Positions 9,842 through 18,024 of a DNA stretch of 64,000 nt are shown in pieces (positions within the stretch are counted from its first letter, which is position 1; each line of letters opens with the position of its first letter). Under the pieces are notes generated by a model that saw nothing but the letters and a program-made list of their open reading frames with translations, did no database searches and was not told the origin of the DNA. This DNA is from a virus, in the IMG/VR virus record IMGVR_UViG_3300045988_132434, positions 25,638 through 89,637 of that record; one strand, given 5' to 3'. A program made the translations under genes and the position numbers.

Positions 9842-10326
9842 TGTTTATCGTAAAAATTCTGTAATAGGTTTTTAATGCCAATAAACTCCCAAGGCTTCCA
9901 TTGGTCTGAGGTGAAACGCTTGACAACGGTTGCCGGACTCATGCCTCGCTCATTCATAAAGTCGAAGAAGCGCACACATAATCCTGCATTTGCCAGGCGA
10001 AGACTGTTGTAGAAGCTGCCATCCTGATCACTCGTCGCCAAGGTGTAGAGGTAGCCTCTGTCGCCCTCGTCACCACTTTCCGGCACACTTTGCAATAGAA
10101 TCTCTGACACCTCCTTGGTATCTAAAAATTGCTTTTTACATTTGTTTATACCGTCCAATTCCCACTGCTCGAAACCTTTTTGGCAGAAACGAAGATAAAA
10201 AGTAGAAAGAGTGAAGCCATAATGCTGAGTAAAAACAGCCAGTTTCTTCTTCTCCTCGACCGTAATATCATCTGCTCCTAAAAAAGAGTGGGGCTTTGAA
10301 AAAATACCAGTTACTTTCTTCGTCAT
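9838..10326 (-). CDS. hypothetical protein (162 aa)
   Basis: ORF preceded by a TATCTTTG box at 10352-10359 (minus). Its stop overlaps the start of the exonuclease gene. Confidence 0.5.
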   Translation of the reverse strand: MTKKVTGIFSKPHSFLGADDITVEEKKKLAVFTQHYGFTLSTFYLRFCQKGFEQWELDGINKCKKQFLDTKEVSEILLQSVPESGDEGDRGYLYTLATSDQDGSFYNSLRLANAGLCVRFFDFMNERGMSPATVVKRFTSDQWKPWEFIGIKNLLQNFYDKQ

Positions 10327-10451
10327 TTACAGTTTTAATTCTTAAATTTGTTACAAAGATATATCTTAAAATTGAAACAAACAATTTTTACCTTCATTTA
10401 TTCGAGTTTTTAACATTCTTTTTATATTGTGACCTTTTAATTTTTTAATGT

Positions 10452-11108
10452 ATGAAGTATCAGTACAATTACGGTTTTCTCGCTAAGTGGTTGGAAAACA
10501 ACAAGAAAAACTTACCCAAGGGTGCTATTCAGGAGGCTGTTGGTTCAAAGTCTAACAACGCTTTCAAGTCGTGGGTCAGAATGGACGGACCTATGCCAGT
10601 GATAACAATGGTCAGATTCTGCAACGCATTTCAAATCCCTATCTCATCATTTTTCCGTGATGCCGACGCTCAGGACGGTGCGGTACCGTCAAGACCAGAG
10701 CCTGACGATCAGTTAGAACCCAACGGTGGGTATGCTGACTTAGAGAGCAGAACACAGGGAGAGCGTACCGTGCTCGACCCGCTCGACGTGCCCATGATAA
10801 AGACAGTGATTCCCGGTTCGTCATTATCCGTCGCTGAAGTTACAGAGGATGATGCCCATGCCGACACCAATCAGATTGTGGTGGGCAACATTACCGATGC
10901 CAATATGGCGGCATTGATAAAACTGCAAAGAGAGCATGCAGCAAATGAGCGTGAATTGATGGAACAGAAAAGCAGACTGCTCGATATTATTGCCGAACAG
11001 CAAAAGCAGATTTCTGACTTGACAAATCAGTTGCTCAAACTAAGACAGCAACCAAGGGATGTCGGCTATACCTGTAGTCTGGTATCGGAGCAGACACCGG
11101 AGCGATAA
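10452..11108 (+). CDS. HTH (XRE-like) DNA-binding regulator with a C-terminal coiled coil
   Basis: One of only two convincing plus-strand genes. The N-terminal block KGAIQEAVGSKSNNAFKSWVRMDGPMPVITMVRFCNAFQIPISSFF has the XRE helix-turn-helix pattern. The C-terminal heptad-like region is rich in Q, L and E. Confidence 0.55.
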   Translation: MKYQYNYGFLAKWLENNKKNLPKGAIQEAVGSKSNNAFKSWVRMDGPMPVITMVRFCNAFQIPISSFFRDADAQDGAVPSRPEPDDQLEPNGGYADLESRTQGERTVLDPLDVPMIKTVIPGSSLSVAEVTEDDAHADTNQIVVGNITDANMAALIKLQREHAANERELMEQKSRLLDIIAEQQKQISDLTNQLLKLRQQPRDVGYTCSLVSEQTPER

Positions 11109-11144
11109 AAAAACAACCGCCTATTCCTCACGAACTGGCGGTTG
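11107..11144. terminator. hairpin terminator between convergent genes
   Basis: CAACCGCC (11114-11121) pairs with GGCGGTTG (11137-11144). An A7 run on the plus side reads as T7 after the hairpin on the minus strand. The loop contains CCTCACGAA. Confidence 0.7.
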
Positions 11145-11209
11145 GGGTTTAATATATTAGAAACGAATACTAAACCTAAAAAATAAAATAAAACTAAAAA
11201 AACTAAATA

Positions 11210-11740
11210 CTACTTTTGTATATGATCAGAAATCGCCAAACGCTTTTGACGATTGAAATAGTGTTCGTCAATTAAAGCAACGTGACTGTCGTTGCTCTTG
11301 TATGGTGCATCGACGTACCAATAGTCTTTATGCTTGAAGATAATCGGTGTGGTATTGCCAAAGGTCATAGGCAGTGCCATACCTTTCTTGTTGCAGTTGG
11401 GTACCAAAGACAAAATGCCGAAAAGAGCTGCTTCATTGACAACGGGCAACTTCTTCATTTCCTTCTCTAACGCTGATCCGTCTGCCGGCACGAAATATAC
11501 GTCTCCCGTTGGCGTGTCGATTCGTTCCCAGCCTTCTTTGGCTATCGTGTTGTCAAACTCAACGGCAACAATTCCGCCTGCCATGCCTTTGGGAGATTCA
11601 ATGTAGTGGTCTGCACCCTGTTTCTCTGCCCACTGACGGGCCTGTTCTGCTGCATCTGCACACTGGTCCACAAACACCTGCAGTTGGTCAGCTGTGTCAC
11701 TCGTTACGCTGATTTGGTAATAATAATGCGGTTTTTCCAT
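11210..11740 (-). CDS. hypothetical protein (176 aa)
   Basis: Clean ORF. No motif recognised. Confidence 0.5.
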   Translation of the reverse strand: MEKPHYYYQISVTSDTADQLQVFVDQCADAAEQARQWAEKQGADHYIESPKGMAGGIVAVEFDNTIAKEGWERIDTPTGDVYFVPADGSALEKEMKKLPVVNEAALFGILSLVPNCNKKGMALPMTFGNTTPIIFKHKDYWYVDAPYKSNDSHVALIDEHYFNRQKRLAISDHIQK

Positions 11741-11761
11741 ATCTCTATAATTTGTTATCTA

Positions 11762-12055
11762 TTATCTCAGTTTGCAATAAATCACAGGTTCTCCACACTC
11801 ATCATCCTTCATCTTAAAGCCTCTCATAGCCAACTCCTGCAGGTACAATGCCAATGGATCACCCAGCGGACATACTACTGCCTTGAAGTAGGTACGAAGC
11901 TGATAGTCGGTAAACATGTCGCAGTCTTCACGCCAATGGTCGAGCGGTTTGTATTTCTCGCAGAAGGCTTCTATCTTGGCAGGGATTACAAAGTCTTGCA
12001 AGGTGACTTCTGGCTGCGAGGTGACTTCTATTAGGTCTTGTTTCTTTCTGCCCAT
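11762..12055 (-). CDS. hypothetical protein (97 aa)
   Basis: Clean ORF packed between its neighbours. Confidence 0.45.
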   Translation of the reverse strand: MGRKKQDLIEVTSQPEVTLQDFVIPAKIEAFCEKYKPLDHWREDCDMFTDYQLRTYFKAVVCPLGDPLALYLQELAMRGFKMKDDECGEPVIYCKLR

Positions 12056-12060
12056 ACCTT

Positions 12061-12642
12061 CTATCGTCTATAGTAAAGCCATGTACAAATTCCAATAGCA
12101 GCTATCCAGAACAAAAAGATTGCGATTAGATCAGATGTTGATGTTGGCTTTATATCATCCGTATTCTTCTCTTCCTCCGTATTCGTGCTGTCTTTCTTTG
12201 CCCAATGGGTACCAACGTCCAATTTATTGTGCAACATAAGGCTGTCTATGGTGTGCTGCATCCGTGATATGGTCTCTTCCTGGTGATTTAGGCGTGCCTC
12301 GTATGTGGCATTACGCTCATAGTCACCCTTGCGGTGTATGGTGCGGTCGGTGGTGGTGGTCTTGTTGCCCTGAGCATCTGTGCTCTCGGTCACTCGCTCT
12401 GTGATGGTCTCCTCGTTGCTGCCTTTGTCGGTCATGGTACCAGAGGTGTGATTATCGTCCATAACTGTAACGGTGCTGCTGTCCGTCCTTGTCTCCGACT
12501 TCACCATGCTGTCCTTAACGCTGGCTACGACACTATCGCGCTGTTGCTCACTACTCCCCTGCTCCACCTTACGGGAGGCAGCGCAGCTCGCAAACGTGAT
12601 TACAGCCAGAATCCATAATGTAATGATCTTGATTTTTCCCAT
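12061..12642 (-). CDS. lipoprotein with a C-terminal transmembrane anchor
   Basis: The N-terminus MGKIKIITLWILAVITFASC carries a lipobox. The middle is polar and rich in T, S, D and E. The C-terminal hydrophobic helix is LIAIFLFWIAAIGICTWLYYRR. Confidence 0.6.
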   Translation of the reverse strand: MGKIKIITLWILAVITFASCAASRKVEQGSSEQQRDSVVASVKDSMVKSETRTDSSTVTVMDDNHTSGTMTDKGSNEETITERVTESTDAQGNKTTTTDRTIHRKGDYERNATYEARLNHQEETISRMQHTIDSLMLHNKLDVGTHWAKKDSTNTEEEKNTDDIKPTSTSDLIAIFLFWIAAIGICTWLYYRR

Positions 12643-12670
12643 GTTTTTATGTCTTGTTGGTTTCTGCGTA

Positions 12671-12678
12671 CAAAAGTA
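12671..12678 (-). promoter_or_regulatory. Bacteroidota -7 box (TACTTTTG on minus)
   Basis: Plus-strand CAAAAGTA lies about 30 nt upstream of the ATG at 12642. Confidence 0.5.
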
Positions 12679-12712
12679 AAAAAAGTCGCTGACACCAACA
12701 GGACATACTAAA

Positions 12713-12746
12713 ACACCGCCTACCCTTGGGAATGGGTAAGCGGTGT
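12713..12746 (-). terminator. hairpin downstream of the rep gene
   Basis: ACACCGCCTACCC and GGGTAAGCGGTGT form a 13-bp stem with one G-T wobble. The following T run is short. Confidence 0.5.
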
Positions 12747-12752
12747 GAAGGT

Positions 12753-14303
12753 TTATTGTTTTACAATCTTATATTTCATGGTTATTATCTTGCCGAATAC
12801 TTTTGCCAAACATTTTTCAATATGATTTTTGACGGCAATATCATTGAAGCGCTCCTCTATCATTGTATATAGAGCTTTATTCGGTATTCCTAAAAGAAGG
12901 TACGTACCTTCATACGACAAGAATTGAGCTTTTCGCAAGTCGGCTGCAAGGTCTTTGTCTATCAAGCGCAACAACTGCTGCCACTCCTTTTCTCCTGGCT
13001 TCACCTCGTCATCGGCAAAGAGAGATGGCTGTTGTATTACCTGTTTTTCACTATGCTGTTTTATCCACTGCTCCATAATGTAGAAAACGAAGTCTTCCAT
13101 CGTGCCGTTCCATCTGTGCGGCTGTTCTACCGCCTTGGGCACGCCATTATAAGCATACGCTTTGAAGTCGTTCCAAAGGTCTTCTGGAACATCAGCAACA
13201 AACGCCTTGAGCCGTTCTTCATCAAGCGTAGGATATAAAGACATCAATTTAGAGCACAAACGCTTTTCTGACGAACCACGATGAATTTCCAATTCTCGCG
13301 CCACACCCAACGGTGTGCGCTTGATGTGAAACTTTATTTTATCTGGATTACCTCGTTTTGCACCGCTCCTATAAATAGGCTCGTAGCCTTTTTTGTCGGG
13401 GTCGATGCACGCCAGCATGATTTCTATCTTGTTTTCCTCACATAGCCGTTCCATGTCACCACGCGCCACATCCAACACCTGTTTGCGGAACTGCGAGAAT
13501 TTCTGATATTTCTCAGTAGTCGTAACCTTTGCCGGCTGTTCATCACTCTTTTCCACATCGACCTTAAACATGCCCAACGCTTCTTTCAGTTCGCGATAGT
13601 CTATGACTGGGTGCATCTGTCCCTTGCTCGCATACTTCATCAATAGGAGGTAAAGACGCGACGTGTAAGCCGAATTACAGAAATAGGCTATACGTTCAAG
13701 ATGGTTGAAATATCCATCTGCCATATCAAACACGGCTTTTGCCACCTCGATATTGATTGTCACCTCGATATATCCGTCACGACGAAACTTGCGCACTTCC
13801 TGTCCGTCTTCGTCTGTCTTTGTGTCACTGTCTCCCGAATAGTTGAAGTCTTCGCCTTCCCGTGAAGTGAAGTTTTTGGGGATAAATATCTTGCTGAAGA
13901 TAGGCATATAGTCCTCACCTTTTCTAAGTCCTGTCTCTGGATCGAAACGTGGCAGATGAAACTCAATCTTCTTCATTTGATTGATGACCTTTGCCGACTC
14001 ATCATAATGACTGCTTTCTATTCCGAAGTCAGCCAGACGCAAGCGTATAGGTCCCATCTTCAACAGATCTTCTTTTGTAATACCACCATTAGGACGTTCC
14101 TTACTCAAATATCGGTGTTCATTCAGAAACTTAGCGAAATGGTCTTGCAAACGTCCGCTTACCAACAGCATAACATCCTGTTGTATGAGAGAATAGCTTT
14201 TTGCGTATGATGTGTAGTTGACGGGGGTATTTATCCAGCGCAGTTCATTCAAAGCAAGCTGGAGCTTTTCGTCATTATCTTCTTTTTTAGCCTTCTTTGC
14301 CAT
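12753..14303 (-). CDS. replication initiator (Rep, iteron-binding type)
   Basis: 516-aa ORF directly abutting an array of 22-bp-spaced iterons. The N-terminal part, LNELRWINTPVNYTSYAKSYSLIQQDVMLLVSGRL, resembles plasmid Rep_3/RepA-type initiators. The call relies mainly on context. Confidence 0.65.
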   Translation of the reverse strand: MAKKAKKEDNDEKLQLALNELRWINTPVNYTSYAKSYSLIQQDVMLLVSGRLQDHFAKFLNEHRYLSKERPNGGITKEDLLKMGPIRLRLADFGIESSHYDESAKVINQMKKIEFHLPRFDPETGLRKGEDYMPIFSKIFIPKNFTSREGEDFNYSGDSDTKTDEDGQEVRKFRRDGYIEVTINIEVAKAVFDMADGYFNHLERIAYFCNSAYTSRLYLLLMKYASKGQMHPVIDYRELKEALGMFKVDVEKSDEQPAKVTTTEKYQKFSQFRKQVLDVARGDMERLCEENKIEIMLACIDPDKKGYEPIYRSGAKRGNPDKIKFHIKRTPLGVARELEIHRGSSEKRLCSKLMSLYPTLDEERLKAFVADVPEDLWNDFKAYAYNGVPKAVEQPHRWNGTMEDFVFYIMEQWIKQHSEKQVIQQPSLFADDEVKPGEKEWQQLLRLIDKDLAADLRKAQFLSYEGTYLLLGIPNKALYTMIEERFNDIAVKNHIEKCLAKVFGKIITMKYKIVKQ

Positions 14304-14305
14304 AA

Positions 14306-14388
14306 CCTACGTTTTTATGTACTTAAACCTACGTTTTTATGCACCAAAACCTACGTTTTTGTTTACCAACTCCTACGTATTTGTTTAC
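14306..14388 (+). repeat. four direct iterons, CCTACGTTTTTRTKYAC, at 22-bp spacing
   Basis: Copies start at 14306, 14328, 14350 and 14372. Confidence 0.9.
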
Positions 14389-14431
14389 TTCATACACTCT
14401 AACTTACTGATTTCCAATCACTCCTATATTC

Positions 14432-14505
14432 CTTAATATAATATAATATAAATTATTGCTTTATTATTACATAAAACCGATATTTTATAATTATATTATA
14501 TTAAG
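14432..14505. repeat. AT-rich perfect 16-bp inverted repeat (probable DNA unwinding element)
   Basis: CTTAATATAATATAAT (14432-14447) is the reverse complement of ATTATATTATATTAAG (14490-14505). The spacer is almost pure A/T. Confidence 0.8.
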
Positions 14506-14548
14506 AGGCTTCAGACATACTGATTATCAATCTGTTATCTACGGTGTG

Positions 14549-14631
14549 GTAAACAAAAACGTAGGAGTTGGTAAACAAATCCGTAGGTTTAAGTAAACAG
14601 ATCCGTAGGTATTGGTAAACAAATCCGTAGG
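14549..14631 (-). repeat. four iterons in inverted orientation, GTAAACARAWCCGTAGG, at 22-bp spacing
   Basis: Copies start at 14549, 14571, 14593 and 14615. They are the reverse complement of the left array consensus. Confidence 0.9.
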
Positions 14632-14703
14632 TGCTTCAAATCTAAAACAGCACACCTTTGTAGTGACTTGGTAAAAAACTTTAGTAGGATTTTACCTTAT
14701 ATA

Positions 14704-15258
14704 TTACAAGTCTTCGTTGAATATCGCCTCACATTTCAAAAAAATATCCATATCGGTGTACGTCAGAAAGATAGAAACACCGTGGCCTGAGCTGGATGGT
14801 TTCAATTCTTGAAGGATGAAACCAATACTGTCACCTGTTTCATCAGGAATATTAAACGCCAGCCCAATGACGTCGCCGTCTGGACCTAAATTCTCCTCGG
14901 GTGTGGTGTTTGGATATTTCTTCTGCAAACTCTCAATTAAGTTCAAGAAAGGAATATGAGCTGACTCTACAGTTGGATATTGTAATTCAACCTCAGCACT
15001 AAACACCATTTTGTTTTTAGGAATATAGGCTACTACAATTATAGCGTCTTCAGCCATAAACCTACCGTTAAAGACCCTGACACCTGGTCCAGCGGCTTTT
15101 GATTGGGCTGCATCGTATGTCACACCCTTAGCCTTCAGCTTCAGAGCAAAGTTATCCACCGTTCCGTCCAATGGTATTCCCATGAACTTCATGTGCTGCT
15201 GTGCGCTCACTGCCATACACAGGCAGAGCACAAACAATACTGATATAATCTTCTTCAT
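14704..15258 (-). CDS. secreted protein (signal peptide)
   Basis: The N-terminus MKKIISVLFVLCLCMAVSAQQ looks like a signal-peptidase I-type (SPI) signal peptide. The rest is unassigned. Confidence 0.55.
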   Translation of the reverse strand: MKKIISVLFVLCLCMAVSAQQHMKFMGIPLDGTVDNFALKLKAKGVTYDAAQSKAAGPGVRVFNGRFMAEDAIIVVAYIPKNKMVFSAEVELQYPTVESAHIPFLNLIESLQKKYPNTTPEENLGPDGDVIGLAFNIPDETGDSIGFILQELKPSSSGHGVSIFLTYTDMDIFLKCEAIFNEDL

Positions 15259-15277
15259 AATAGATGAGTTTTGGATT

Positions 15278-15691
15278 TTACATTTTGTTTCTATCCAAAA
15301 ACTCTATCACTGCCTGTAATGCCAGGTCCTTGATAGGCACACCAGTACGCATCTTCATCAAGGCGATACGCTCGTAATACTCCATAGGCACGTAGATAGT
15401 GATGCCGTTCTCGGTTTTCTTACCTTTTGGCTTGCGTATATTCATCGCAATGTCGTTGCTGAATGATGGGGTTGCCGGCTGTTCTGTCCCAGGAATGGTG
15501 GAATTCAAAACTTCGGTGGTTGAAGTTTCGGCTGTCGCATCAGCGTTCATTGTATCTCCCCCACTCTCCTTTTTCTCTCTGTTCTCCTGGCGCTGTTGTC
15601 TGCCAGCCTCCAATATACGCTCGTTCTCGTCTATAGCTTTTGATTTTTCCAAACCAAAATGCGCAACTCGTTTTTTCATTTCTCTTGCCAT
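15278..15691 (-). CDS. ribbon-helix-helix partition adaptor (ParG/CopG-like)
   Basis: A disordered N-half is followed by a C-terminal GITIYVPMEYYERIALMKMRTGVPIKDLALQAVIEFL segment with a beta-alpha-alpha RHH pattern. It lies directly downstream of parA. Confidence 0.55.
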   Translation of the reverse strand: MAREMKKRVAHFGLEKSKAIDENERILEAGRQQRQENREKKESGGDTMNADATAETSTTEVLNSTIPGTEQPATPSFSNDIAMNIRKPKGKKTENGITIYVPMEYYERIALMKMRTGVPIKDLALQAVIEFLDRNKM

Positions 15692-15702
15692 AATCTTTAA
15701 TA

Positions 15703-16611
15703 TTAAAAGGTGAAACTGTTGATTATCTCTTTAGTGAAGCGCTCGTAGTCTATTCCTACCCTGCTATATGGTGCATAAGAAAAAATATCTTCCTGCATAG
15801 CCTGGGCTTCCACCATCTTCGTATCGCGACGTGTGTATGCGTCAAACATATAGTCTTGGTACTTCTCTCCCAGGTATGCCTTAAATTCCTTGGTGGCGTT
15901 GGTCTGATCGTTGCTCATCACCATCAGCAAGCCTCGGATGTCAAGCTCTGGATTAAGATCTTCGCGCGTTTCTTCAATGGCGTTGATGATTTCAGCAATA
16001 CCTTTTGTTGCCAACACCTCCAGTTGCACGGGCAATACCACACTTGTGGCTGCCGTGAGCGCATTGTATGTGAGTAGCGACATAGCCGGAGGACAGTCTA
16101 TAAGCACGTAGTCAAAGGCTTCTATGACGGTGTTCACTCCCTCGTCTGCCAGTTCGGTACCAGCCATTTCGTTCAGAGGCTTGGCAAGCAACTTGCAAAG
16201 GGCTTTGCGAGGCATGGCACGCTGATTAAGAAACGGTTCAATGGATATGAGCTGCTGCGCAGCCGGAGCGAGGTAAATGCCTTCGCGTACCTGATAGACG
16301 GGCAAATTGCTCTGTTGCACTAATGCGTCGTAAACGGTAGGCTTACCGACATTCTGAGTTTCGCTCCACCCAAAGAGAAACGAAGCACACGCTTGGGGGT
16401 CGAGGTCGATAATGAGTACACGGGGCAATCGGTGGTGCCCATCGGCATCCTCACCGAAACTGCCTTTGCCAAATCGACGTAAGCCTGCTGCCAGGCTCTG
16501 CACTGTTGTTGTTTTGCCTACACCGCCTTTGTGGTTGACAAAGGCAAGTACTTCTCGTAGTCTTTCCATATTATATAAAGTATTTAGTGTTAATAATGTC
16601 TGCTTGCGCAT
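15703..16611 (-). CDS. parA: ParA/Soj-family partition ATPase
   Basis: Deviant Walker A, NHKGGVGKTTT. A' / Walker B regions IIDLDPQ and VLIDCPP. Typical length. Confidence 0.9.
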   Translation of the reverse strand: MRKQTLLTLNTLYNMERLREVLAFVNHKGGVGKTTTVQSLAAGLRRFGKGSFGEDADGHHRLPRVLIIDLDPQACASFLFGWSETQNVGKPTVYDALVQQSNLPVYQVREGIYLAPAAQQLISIEPFLNQRAMPRKALCKLLAKPLNEMAGTELADEGVNTVIEAFDYVLIDCPPAMSLLTYNALTAATSVVLPVQLEVLATKGIAEIINAIEETREDLNPELDIRGLLMVMSNDQTNATKEFKAYLGEKYQDYMFDAYTRRDTKMVEAQAMQEDIFSYAPYSRVGIDYERFTKEIINSFTF

Positions 16612-16640
16612 AGAGAAAACATTGTTTTCGTATCACGTTG

Positions 16641-16648
16641 CAAATTTA
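16641..16648 (-). promoter_or_regulatory. Bacteroidota -7 box (TAAATTTG on minus) for the par operon
   Basis: Plus-strand CAAATTTA lies about 30 nt upstream of the ATG at 16611. Confidence 0.5.
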
Positions 16649-16894
16649 AGAATTATAATTGATATAACCAAACATTCACACATATTTATTTGTTTATTTA
16701 TTGATTTATTTGTTTATTGTTTCGTTTATGGCTTGGTTACTTTCTTTCTTTCTTTCTTTGTGTATTTATATATGTATTGATTACTTTGTTTATAAGTATA
16801 TTTATGTATATGTTTGTGTGTTTATTTATTGATTGATAAAAACGTTGATTTATTTATATGTTAGTTAATTTGTTTGTGTATTTGTGTATTTATG

Positions 16895-17000
16895 TGTGGA
16901 TGTATTTGTGTTAACGTGGAATTTATTATTCGTGTTAATATGGATTTATGGTTATGTGGATTTGTGGAAATGTGGAATTGTGGATTTATTGAAATGTGGA
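16895..17000 (+). repeat. TGTGGA(W)(W)(W) repeat field (candidate centromere)
   Basis: TGTGGA copies at 16895, 16955, 16963, 16971, 16979 and 16995, with variants at 16915 and about 16941. Four copies form an 8-bp tandem at 16955-16986. The field sits in a 330-bp T/G-only tract upstream of parA. Confidence 0.6.
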
Positions 17001-17022
17001 TTTGTGCGAATTTTATAGTCAA

Positions 17023-17064
17023 CAAAAAAACGAAGAACACGGATATTATCTTCGTGTTCTTCGT
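17023..17064 (-). terminator. rho-independent terminator
   Basis: Perfect 12-bp stem, ACGAAGAACACG / CGTGTTCTTCGT, followed on the minus strand by T7. Confidence 0.85.
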
Positions 17065-17089
17065 GTCACACGTTGGTTTCTTACTATAA

Positions 17090-17992
17090 TCAAATGGTGA
17101 TGTCGGTAGTTTCGCTGTTCCACTCATCGTTGACGGTCATCGCCATGCGCTGTTGGTGATTATAGAGTGACCCTGTAATAGTGGTGATTCTGTTGCGCTC
17201 AAAGGGTACGTCGGGGATGGTGATAGTGGCATAAGGACTGCTTGTGCTATTCATAGTAAACACAAGGTCGGTCTTATATCCTGCTTTTGGTACCAACAGG
17301 ATGTAGGCGAGGGTATTGTCTGTTGTGCCTCGGAGATTCTTTACGTCAGAGGTGCGCTGATTTTTCACCGCTTCAATAACGTCCATCGTTGCCCATGACA
17401 GCGCCTTGTGCTCTTGGAAGTCGAGCGTGATGGTGGTGCAATCATCTGGGAAAACGTCTGTGCTGTTGACTGAGAGTTTCGCCACCAAGCGGTCCAATGT
17501 CATATTTACCGTTGCCGTTCCTGCACCTACGCTCACGTCTTTCTCAGCTCCGAAGGTGTCCGATGTCTTGGTGGCTGTCAGTGCTACAGGCTGTGATGCT
17601 GTAATGGGAGTGAGGATGTTGGGTTCTACAGGCCAAGTGATATTTCCTGCATCCCATAACGTAGGTTCTTGGCTACGTGTTGCTACCACCTTCAATGTGT
17701 GATTACCATAGTCGAGTGTCAGGTCAGGCTCGGCAAAGTCCTTTGCCGTACTCGTTTGGTGGAGCACCTGCAGGAGTTTGCCCGTTGCCTTGTCGTAGTC
17801 CAGAATATAAAAATCCGTCAGTGCCTTGCTGTTGGCAGTGAGTGCAGCGCGTGTCTCTACCTGCATGCCACAAACGAGTTTGACGTGTGCCTTCTCCGTC
17901 GGCTGTTCCTGGATGGCTTCTTCATTGTTACACGCTGTAGTCAGGACGGTTGCCAGCATCGTTGCCAGCATCATAAAATTGGTTTTCTTCAT
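17090..17992 (-). CDS. lipoprotein (possibly fimbrillin-like fold)
   Basis: The internal start MKKTNFMMLATMLATVLTTAC carries a lipobox. The body is a beta-rich, T/V-rich sequence. Confidence 0.55.
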   Translation of the reverse strand: MKKTNFMMLATMLATVLTTACNNEEAIQEQPTEKAHVKLVCGMQVETRAALTANSKALTDFYILDYDKATGKLLQVLHQTSTAKDFAEPDLTLDYGNHTLKVVATRSQEPTLWDAGNITWPVEPNILTPITASQPVALTATKTSDTFGAEKDVSVGAGTATVNMTLDRLVAKLSVNSTDVFPDDCTTITLDFQEHKALSWATMDVIEAVKNQRTSDVKNLRGTTDNTLAYILLVPKAGYKTDLVFTMNSTSSPYATITIPDVPFERNRITTITGSLYNHQQRMAMTVNDEWNSETTDITI

Positions 17993-18024
17993 TGTTTCTG
18001 GGGGTAGTTCGTGATAGTTCTTCT

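Larger units (their letters stand above)
14306..14631. other. origin of replication (iteron type, symmetric)
   Basis: 4 + 4 inverted iterons flank an AT-rich palindrome, immediately upstream of the Rep gene. Confidence 0.75.

Noticed and set aside
14306-14631. CRISPR array
   Set aside because: The repeats are 17 bp at 22-bp spacing, so there are effectively no spacers. They form two inverted blocks next to a Rep gene. This is iteron-origin architecture.
16861-17127. Tracked ORF (88 aa, minus) and its plus-strand partner (16874-17089) over the TGTGGA repeat field
   Set aside because: The translations are low-complexity repeats (HISINPQFHISTNPHNHKS...). The region is a strand-skewed repeat field followed by a terminator.
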